Shown piece after piece: positions 21,757 through 28,861 of a stretch of 64,000 nucleotides of DNA. Location: contig CAUWLU010000006.1 in NCBI GenBank assembly GCA_963559705.1, forward strand, positions 1,095 to 65,094, in the 5' to 3' direction. Every line of letters starts with the position of its first letter. Position 1 is the stretch's first letter. The DNA is from an uncultured Acutalibacter sp. (GTDB lineage Bacteria; Bacillota; Clostridia; Oscillospirales; Acutalibacteraceae). The position numbers and the translations under genes were made by a program. Under the pieces are notes generated by a model. That model worked only from the letters and a program-made list of their open reading frames with translations, made no database searches and was not told the origin of the DNA.

Positions 21757-23360
21757 GCCTTCTCCAACTCCTCTAAAATGGGGAGCAGCCGCTCCTCAAG
21801 CTGCGCGCCCGCGGGGTTCTTCACCACCCAATCTCCCCGGGAGGTGTAAAAGTCCGAGGAAGGCTGAGCCTCTAACCGGCGCAGAGCAGCCTCCTTTGTG
21901 ATGCCGTCCCGGCGAAGCACCCGAGCCAGGCACTCCTCCTTGGGCGCATCCACCACAAGAATCCGCGAGCAGGCAGAGTCCAATCCCGCCTCGAACAGCG
22001 TGGGAGCATCCAGCACGATCACACGATACCCTTGCTCCTCCCCCTCCTGAATCAGCTGCCGCACCTGGCGCAGAATCCGAGGGAAGGTGATCTCCCCCAG
22101 CCGAATCCGCGCTTCGTCCGACGAGAATGCGCGCTTGGCAAGCTCTGCACGGTCCAGCACCCCGTCCCGGAGGATCTCAGGGCCAAAGGCAGCCGAAAGC
22201 TCAGCCAAGCAGGGCCCGTCATAGACCTGGGCACTGCGGGTAGCTTTGTCGCAGTCGACAATATAATAGCCGTGGTTCTGCAAAAGCTCCGCCACTGTGG
22301 ATTTCCCCGCGCCAGTTGGCCCGGTCAGGCCCACGATATGACGCTTCCGGGGATTCCTCACTTGGAACGCCGCCGCTCGAATCAGCCGGTTGTAGACTGC
22401 TAGCCCCACGCCCCGCTTCCGGGGAATCCGGGCGTAAGCTTTTTTGGCGCCGGATTCATCCAGCTGATGAAGCGCCTGGAACAGCCGGTGAGCCTGGGAG
22501 GCATCGTCATACCGGCTGCCATAGGCCACGGCGGGCACCTGCAAAAAGGGGACATCCTCCTCAAAACAGAGCGCCCAGCCATCCCCCTTTTGATTCACGT
22601 ACTGAAGGTAATCCTCTTGGGAGGCATCCAAAATCACCACGTCGGCGGCTGGGGAATAATGCTGATACTTCATCCCCGGGGAGGAAACCCGTTGCCCCTG
22701 CTCCATTTGATGGAGCACAGCGGGGTCCACCTCCACGCGTCCCAGGACCTGCTCCAGCTGCGCCAGAGTCACCCCGCCCGGACGAAGAATCCGCGGAACG
22801 CCGGACGCCAGCGTGATCACAGTGGATTCCACCCCCACAGCGCAGTCTCCCCCATCCAAAAGAGCATCCACCCGTCCGGTGAGGTCCTCCTGGACATGGC
22901 GGAAGGTGGTGGGGCTGGGTTTTCCAGAGAGGTTGGCGGAGGGCGCTGCCAAAGGCACTCCTGCCGCGTCAATCACAGCTCTTGCCGTGGGGTGAGAGGG
23001 GCAACGGACCGCCACAGTATCCAGGCCACCGCTGGTCTGGTCCGGAATCTTCGAGGACTTTTCCAAAATGATGGTCAAGGGGCCGGGCCAAAACACCGCC
23101 GCCAGCTTGCGGGCAGCTTCGGGCACGCTGGTTACCAGGGGCGGCAATTGGGACACATCACTGATGTGGACAATCAGCGGGTTGTCGGAGGGCCTTCCCT
23201 TTGCTTGATAGATCTTTTTCACCGCTTCCCCGTCCAAAGCGTTGGCTGCAAGGCCATACACCGTCTCCGTGGGAATGGCAACCAGTCCGCCCTGTCGCAG
23301 GATCTCTCCGGCCTTTTCCACGTCACCTGGGCAGCTGTCGCTTAACAGTAAGGTTTCCAT
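21747..23360 (-). CDS. fusion protein: L-threonylcarbamoyladenylate synthase (Sua5/TsaC, YrdC + Sua5 domains) joined to dephospho-CoA kinase (CoaE)
   Basis: N-terminal GGLVAIPTETVYGLAANA...KGRPSDNPLIVHI (YrdC fold) followed by the Sua5 C-domain. From about aa 340, IVGLTGPTGAGKSTVA (P-loop) and a CoaE-like remainder. One uninterrupted 537-aa frame. Confidence 0.85.
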   Translation of the reverse strand: METLLLSDSCPGDVEKAGEILRQGGLVAIPTETVYGLAANALDGEAVKKIYQAKGRPSDNPLIVHISDVSQLPPLVTSVPEAARKLAAVFWPGPLTIILEKSSKIPDQTSGGLDTVAVRCPSHPTARAVIDAAGVPLAAPSANLSGKPSPTTFRHVQEDLTGRVDALLDGGDCAVGVESTVITLASGVPRILRPGGVTLAQLEQVLGRVEVDPAVLHQMEQGQRVSSPGMKYQHYSPAADVVILDASQEDYLQYVNQKGDGWALCFEEDVPFLQVPAVAYGSRYDDASQAHRLFQALHQLDESGAKKAYARIPRKRGVGLAVYNRLIRAAAFQVRNPRKRHIVGLTGPTGAGKSTVAELLQNHGYYIVDCDKATRSAQVYDGPCLAELSAAFGPEILRDGVLDRAELAKRAFSSDEARIRLGEITFPRILRQVRQLIQEGEEQGYRVIVLDAPTLFEAGLDSACSRILVVDAPKEECLARVLRRDGITKEAALRRLEAQPSSDFYTSRGDWVVKNPAGAQLEERLLPILEELEKACL

Positions 23361-23372
23361 TGCGCTCCCTCC

Positions 23373-24446
23373 TTATCCCTGCTGGGAAGCTTCCAACTGA
23401 GCAGCGCGGTCTGCGGCAGTAAGACTGTCAATGACCTCGTCAAGAGCGCCGCTCAGAATTTCATCCAATTTGTACAGCGTCAAACCAATGCGATGATCCG
23501 TCACGCGGGCCTGAGGGAAATTGTAGGTCCGAATCCGCTCGGACCGGTCCCCGGTGCCCACCTGACTCCGGCGCTCCTGGGCCACCTGGTCATCGGCCTT
23601 TTTCTGCTCCTGATCCAACAATCTGGCGCGGAGGACCTTCAGCGCCTTCTCCTTATTTTTATACTGGCTGCGTTCATCCTGACACTCCACCACCATGCCT
23701 GTGGGCAGATGGGTGACGCGGATCGCCGACGAGGTCTTGTTGATGTGCTGGCCTCCTGCGCCGCTGGAGCGGAAGGTGTCAATCTGCAAATCCTTGGGGT
23801 CAATCTCCAGCTCCACCTCCTCGGCCTCGGGCAGCACCGCCACAGTAGCTGTGGAGGTGTGGATGCGCCCCTGGGTCTCCGTTTCGGGGACCCGCTGGAC
23901 ACGGTGAACGCCGCTCTCGTACTTCAAACGGGAATAAGCGCCCTCCCCATCAATCAGGAAGCTGACCTCTTTAAAGCCCCCCAATTCCGTCTCGTTCAAA
24001 GAGACAATCTCGGTGCGCCAGCCCTTTTTCTCCGCATACATGGCGTACATACGGTAAAGAGTATAGGCGAACAACGCGGCCTCCTCCCCGCCGGCTCCAC
24101 CGCGGATCTCCACGATGACGTTCTTCTCGTCATTGGGGTCCTTGGGCAGAAGCAGCAGCTTCAATTCCTCTTCCAGGCGGGTGAGCTCCTCACCCTTCTC
24201 CTTAAGCTCCTGCTGGGCCATCTCCCGCAGCTCCCTGTCACTGGACTCCTCCAGCAGCTCCTTGGCGCCTGCAAGCTCCTCCCCGCACCGCCGGTACGCG
24301 CGGTATGTCTCCACAATGGGAAGGATCTCCTTGTGCTCTTTCATCAGAGCGGTGTACAGCTCTCGCTGGGCCACTGTATCGGGGTCGTAAAGCTTGAGAT
24401 TCAATTCTTCATAGCGATTTTCAAATACACTGAGATTTTCAAACAT
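23373..24446 (-). CDS. prfA: peptide chain release factor 1
   Basis: Contains the PET/PxT-region and [11 protein letters not shown] (GGQ) motif. The start is taken at [15 protein letters not shown] (24446); the track ORF extends upstream to 24584. Confidence 0.95.
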   Translation of the reverse strand: MFENLSVFENRYEELNLKLYDPDTVAQRELYTALMKEHKEILPIVETYRAYRRCGEELAGAKELLEESSDRELREMAQQELKEKGEELTRLEEELKLLLLPKDPNDEKNVIVEIRGGAGGEEAALFAYTLYRMYAMYAEKKGWRTEIVSLNETELGGFKEVSFLIDGEGAYSRLKYESGVHRVQRVPETETQGRIHTSTATVAVLPEAEEVELEIDPKDLQIDTFRSSGAGGQHINKTSSAIRVTHLPTGMVVECQDERSQYKNKEKALKVLRARLLDQEQKKADDQVAQERRSQVGTGDRSERIRTYNFPQARVTDHRIGLTLYKLDEILSGALDEVIDSLTAADRAAQLEASQQG

Positions 24447-24502
24447 CACAAACACTGCCTTTCCAAATTTTCTCACACTGCCTTCCGATTTGGAAAAAGC
24501 AC

Positions 24503-24694
24503 CTACTGCTCTGCCTCGCTTCGGAGAATTCGCTTGATATTCTTCTCGCACTTGAACCGGGAGATCATCACCTCGCGGCCACACTGGTTGCAGCGGATGC
24601 GAAAGTCCATGCCCACCCGCAGTACCGTAAACTCATAACAGCCGCAAGGATGTGGTTTCTTCATCCGCAGAACATCGTTGACACGGACGTCCAT
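24503..24694 (-). CDS. DUF951 family small protein
   Basis: [46 protein letters not shown] has the typical DUF951 CxC...CxxC pattern. A GGAAAGG RBS lies 9 nt before ATG 24694. Confidence 0.8.
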   Translation of the reverse strand: MDVRVNDVLRMKKPHPCGCYEFTVLRVGMDFRIRCNQCGREVMISRFKCEKNIKRILRSEAEQ

Positions 24695-24827
24695 ACCGCT
24701 CATCCTTTCCTGATTTGTTGCACAAAACTGATTTATTATTATACACCCATCCTCTAAATTTTGCAAAGAAAAGAGCGCTGCGAAGAAAAAATCTTCGTGC
24801 GCTCTCTTTGATTGGTCCGATCCCAGC

Positions 24828-26255
24828 TCACTCTTGAGGAGTGGCGGCCACGCCGCCCTCCTCGCTGCTTGCCGGATTCCGCGCCAGCATGCTCGCAGCG
24901 GAGACGGCCGGGGGCTGAGTGATGTTGACGGACACGGTATACTCGCCCGCTGCCCAGCAGGAGCTCGCTGCGCTGCCGGTCAGTGTAACGGTTGCCGGTA
25001 CCTCCACCGTACCGGTGCGATCTCGGAAATTGGCCAAATCCACAGTCACCACAACGTTTTCCCCAGTCAGACGGCTCACCTGTGCTTCCGGCCCCGCCAA
25101 GGTCACCACCATGGAATTGACCGCCAGCTCTGCTTCCATGCCCGCCGGGGGATTTGTGATCTGTATATTGGCCGTCCCCACAGAAACAGAGGTTTTGCTG
25201 TACCCGTTGAGATTGACGGTCACCTTGGCCTGCGCCGGCGTTCCGCTGTCCCCCACCGATGCGATGTTCCTCACCCCAGAGGGCAGGGGGATGGCTGCGG
25301 TAAATGTATTGGTGGCGCCGGTCTCCAGATCAGCAAAATCAATCACGGTATCCAACTGAATCTCACTGATGCCGGACAGGGTGTTGGCTGTGCCTGCAAT
25401 CGTGACGGTGGAAGGCTCGATCTGGATACGGTCCCGCGAGAAATCTTCGGGCTGATGCAGCGTTGTGACCGTCAGATCCACCTTTTTCACCGGTGTGACG
25501 GGAATCGTCACATCCACTGCGTCCACATTCATTTTTAGATAAAGTCCTGCGATATTTCCGATCTCCTGATTGTTCCCGTCGTAAAAGACCAGCGGGCAGG
25601 AAAACTGCGCGTCCTCCCGCAGCTCCGATTCCACCTCATGGCTGACAGCCACCCGCTTGATCCTGGCCACCGAAGAGCTGGGGCCGCTGATGGTCACATT
25701 GTCCGCAGACAGGATGGGCGTAGAGGCATAGAAGCCATTCGCAGAGCGGCAATGGATATTGCTTTCAATGGGCAGGTTCACCTCTTGAAAGCGATCGTAC
25801 TCCAAAGTGATCTCCTCCGGAGTCACCCCCGCAATCTCGAAGTTTGTCAAGGTATTGGACTTCACGGCCTGCACCTGCACATCCAGCTTTTGCAGGGTGT
25901 TCCCGGTGACGGAGGTATCCGCGGGATTCAATGTGACGCTGACCTCGAAATCCTTGGCAGTCAGCTGGGAGGTCAGCAGGGTGTTGCCGGTGACCTGCAA
26001 ATTCACCGTCTCGCTGGACATGTGGAACACCTGCAGCCCCGCCTCCTGCGCGGCAGAGGAATACCGCACCTGAACAGGCACGTTTTCCACAGTGATCCCC
26101 CGATCAGAACTGTTCGCCATCATGATGAACCACGAAATAATGGCCACGGCCAGCGAAAAAAACAGCACAAAGGTATTGTGGTAAAAAATCTTGCCAAGGG
26201 CAACGCGTTTTTTCTCTCCCCGGGGTTCTTCCGGACTCTTTTTCTCTTCGCTCAT
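24828..26255 (-). CDS. cdaR: YbbR-domain protein (CdaA regulator CdaR)
   Basis: N-terminal TM helix, then repeated YbbR-like beta modules. Lies immediately downstream of cdaA with a 3-nt gap. Confidence 0.85.
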   Translation of the reverse strand: MSEEKKSPEEPRGEKKRVALGKIFYHNTFVLFFSLAVAIISWFIMMANSSDRGITVENVPVQVRYSSAAQEAGLQVFHMSSETVNLQVTGNTLLTSQLTAKDFEVSVTLNPADTSVTGNTLQKLDVQVQAVKSNTLTNFEIAGVTPEEITLEYDRFQEVNLPIESNIHCRSANGFYASTPILSADNVTISGPSSSVARIKRVAVSHEVESELREDAQFSCPLVFYDGNNQEIGNIAGLYLKMNVDAVDVTIPVTPVKKVDLTVTTLHQPEDFSRDRIQIEPSTVTIAGTANTLSGISEIQLDTVIDFADLETGATNTFTAAIPLPSGVRNIASVGDSGTPAQAKVTVNLNGYSKTSVSVGTANIQITNPPAGMEAELAVNSMVVTLAGPEAQVSRLTGENVVVTVDLANFRDRTGTVEVPATVTLTGSAASSCWAAGEYTVSVNITQPPAVSAASMLARNPASSEEGGVAATPQE

Positions 26256-26258
26256 GCG

Positions 26259-27161
26259 TCAATCCCCCTTTCTGACAACCCGGTCTTTCAATCCCAGCTT
26301 GTCCAGAATCCGCTTGCCAGTGGAGCCTTCGTTGGGCGCTCCCACCAAGGTGCGCTCCAGCATCTCCCGTAAGGTGACGCGATTGTAATTCCGTGTGAGC
26401 TTTCCCTCCAGCGCAATGGAGATTTGACCGGTCTCCTCCGAGACCACCACCACCACGGCGTCGGAATTCTCGCTGATGCCCAAAGCCGCCCGGTGCCGGG
26501 TGCCCAGCTCCGCGCTGACGTTCTCGTTGCTGGTCAGCGGCAAAATACAGCCTGCGGCGTAAACTTGTCCCTCACGGATAATCATAGCGCCATCATGAAG
26601 GGGCGCTTTATTGAAAAAGATGTTGGCGATCAGCTGCGCGGAGGGAGACGCCTCCACCACTGTGCCCGTAGCTGCGATCTCACCTAATTTCGTCTTGCGC
26701 TCAAAGACGATGAGGGCGCCCATACGCATCTGCTGCAAAATCTGGGTTGCCCCCACAACCCCCTCGATTGCTTTGCGGACCTGCGCCTTATCCTCGGTCT
26801 CCTTGACGGAAACCGCGCTTACCAGGGACTGAGCCACCTTGCTGTGGCCCACCTGCTCCAATGCCTTCCGAATCTCCGGCTGGAACAAAATGACCACAAT
26901 GACAATGCCCGATTGCAAAAACATCCGCAAAATGGCATTTAACATCAGCAGGTCCTGCCAGGAGGAGATGAGGAACAGCACAACCAGCAAAATGATGCCC
27001 TTCACCAGCTGCCCGGCCCGCGTCTCTCGAAGCAGCTTGATCGCACTATAAAGCAACAACGTGATAATGGCGACATCCACAGCGTCCTTTAAGGCAAACT
27101 GACGGGCCAGGTCCAGGATCACCTCTCCTGTTCGGGTAATGAATTCCAGTACAGAGCCCAT
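26259..27161 (-). CDS. cdaA: diadenylate cyclase
   Basis: Three N-terminal TM helices and a DAC domain with DGAMIIREGQVYAAGCILPLT and GTRHRAALGISENSDAVVVVVSEETG. Confidence 0.95.
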   Translation of the reverse strand: MGSVLEFITRTGEVILDLARQFALKDAVDVAIITLLLYSAIKLLRETRAGQLVKGIILLVVLFLISSWQDLLMLNAILRMFLQSGIVIVVILFQPEIRKALEQVGHSKVAQSLVSAVSVKETEDKAQVRKAIEGVVGATQILQQMRMGALIVFERKTKLGEIAATGTVVEASPSAQLIANIFFNKAPLHDGAMIIREGQVYAAGCILPLTSNENVSAELGTRHRAALGISENSDAVVVVVSEETGQISIALEGKLTRNYNRVTLREMLERTLVGAPNEGSTGKRILDKLGLKDRVVRKGD

Positions 27162-27312
27162 GAAGTCACCCCTTTCTTTTCACATCTTGATATCCGCGCG
27201 CACGCAAAAAATGCCGCGGGCAAAGCCACGCGACACTCTCTGCGGCAAGCTTTCTTTATTTTAGCATAAATACAGCGTAAATTAAAGGACTTTTTCCCGA
27301 TTCTCCATAAAA

Positions 27313-28455
27313 TTATTCCCAGCGTTCCCGCAAACGCCACGCCAAGGCATCCAGATCCTCCGCCTGGGTAAATGCAGAGGGGGAAACCCGGACGGTCCCG
27401 GTTTCCAGAGTGCCCATTTTCTCATGGGCCAATGGGGCGCAATGAAGTCCACACCGCACAGCAATCCCATTTTTGGCCAGATACTCCCCCACCTGCTCGC
27501 TGGGGACCCCCTCAACGTTGAAGGACAGCACCGGCATACTCCAAGCCTCCTCAGGAGCGGGCGCATACAGGATGATGCGGCGCATACGGGACAATCTGCC
27601 GTGCAGGCGGCGCAGCTTCTGAAGCTCCTCCCGGCAGATCCTCTCCGGTCCGCGGCGCCGGACAAACTCCATCCCAGCGGCAAGCCCCAGAATCCCGGGA
27701 ACATTCAGCGTGCCGCTCTCATAGCGCTCTGGAGATTCCCCAGGCATCTGCAAGCTTCTGGATTGCGTTCCCGTGCCGCCCTCCGTCAAGGTCTCCAGCA
27801 GCTGCTCCGGCTCTCGAAGGAGCAATAGTCCGGTGCCCATCGGGCCGTACAGGCCTTTGTGACCGGCGCAGCACAAGTAGTCGATGCCGCTCTCCTCCAT
27901 GCGGAAGGTCGTCAAGCCAGCGGCCTGTGCAGCATCCACACAGACCTTTACCCCATACTGGTGGCACAAGGCTGCAATGCGTTCCACCGGCACCCGAAAG
28001 CCAAACACATTGGACGCCGCCGTACACACCGCCAGCTTTGTCTTGGGGCCCAGCGCCTTCCGAAACGCCTCCAAGGTGGCATTGCCGTCCCCGGGGGTCA
28101 CAGGCGCCACTGTATAGGAGATCCCGCGCTTTTCCAAAGCCGCCAAGGGCCGCATGACCGCATTGTGCTCCAAATCGGTGACCACCACGTGATCCCCCGG
28201 CTTTAGGACCCCCTTTATGACCAGGTTCAGCGCCTGGGTGCAGCTTGGCTGAAACACGACGCACTCCGGACCAGCCGCGCCAAAAAACTCCGCAGCCAGC
28301 TCCCGGCAGCGATACACAGCCTGTGTGGTGCGCTGGCACATCCCATACCCGCTGCGTCCAGGGTTTGCCCCGTACTCCAGCAGCGCCCGCTGAACTCCTT
28401 GGCGCACCCCCTGGGGCTTGGGATAGGTAGTAGCGCTATTATCCAAATAAATCAT
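27313..28455 (-). CDS. class-V aminotransferase / cysteine desulfurase family protein
   Basis: Contains MIYLDNSATT, the PLP-lysine block CCAGHKGLYGPMGTG, and the active-site-Cys region VRCGLHCAP. Confidence 0.85.
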   Translation of the reverse strand: MIYLDNSATTYPKPQGVRQGVQRALLEYGANPGRSGYGMCQRTTQAVYRCRELAAEFFGAAGPECVVFQPSCTQALNLVIKGVLKPGDHVVVTDLEHNAVMRPLAALEKRGISYTVAPVTPGDGNATLEAFRKALGPKTKLAVCTAASNVFGFRVPVERIAALCHQYGVKVCVDAAQAAGLTTFRMEESGIDYLCCAGHKGLYGPMGTGLLLLREPEQLLETLTEGGTGTQSRSLQMPGESPERYESGTLNVPGILGLAAGMEFVRRRGPERICREELQKLRRLHGRLSRMRRIILYAPAPEEAWSMPVLSFNVEGVPSEQVGEYLAKNGIAVRCGLHCAPLAHEKMGTLETGTVRVSPSAFTQAEDLDALAWRLRERWE

Positions 28456-28715
28456 GGGCGGTCACCTTCCTGTTCCATACGGCGAAGTACCCGAATACGG
28501 TTTTCCAACAAGATTCGCTCTGCCATGTCCGCTCCCTCAGGAACGTAAATACCATACCCGCATCCGGTTTCCTCCGTGCGGGGGATGCGCTCTACATAGC
28601 CACGAATACCGTGGCGGAACAGCAGGTCCCGCCCTTTCATGGCATAGGTCACAGAGCTGACCACGATCAACGGCTTGCCCACAAGATCACCTTCATTCTT
28701 CCGCTGTTTCTGCAT
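28452..28715 (-). CDS. DUF3343 (putative S/Se carrier-like) small protein
   Basis: The core PLIVVSSVTYAMKGRDLLFRHGIRGYVERIPRTEETGCGYGIYV fits the DUF3343 pattern. Its stop overlaps the downstream aminotransferase start by 4 nt. The start is uncertain (ATG 28715, ATG 28724, or a downstream GTG). The track start at 28763 has no RBS and abuts a terminator hairpin. Confidence 0.65.
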   Translation of the reverse strand: MQKQRKNEGDLVGKPLIVVSSVTYAMKGRDLLFRHGIRGYVERIPRTEETGCGYGIYVPEGADMAERILLENRIRVLRRMEQEGDRP

Positions 28716-28763
28716 ATATCCCATTCTATGCCGGCGCTGCCGCTGCGTGCGCTCCTCTTGCAT

Positions 28764-28797
28764 AAAGAAAGCCTGAGAACTCTCTCAGGCTTTCTTT
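28764..28797 (-). terminator. rho-independent terminator after the 912-aa SLH protein gene
   Basis: Perfect 15-bp stem AAAGAAAGCCTGAGA / TCTCAGGCTTTCTTT with a 4-nt loop. T-rich on both sides. Confidence 0.75.
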
Positions 28798-28861
28798 ACT
28801 GTGATATGGAATTTTTAAAACCAAGGCCGCTTTCTCTTTTGAGCGGACAGTCGTTCCCCGC

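Noticed and set aside
27282-28339. Alternative-frame minus-strand ORFs (27282..27704, 140 aa; 27719..28339, 206 aa) inside the aminotransferase gene.
   Set aside because: They are same-strand out-of-frame ORFs rich in Arg/Gly/Ala/Pro. The 380-aa frame has clear class-V aminotransferase motifs.
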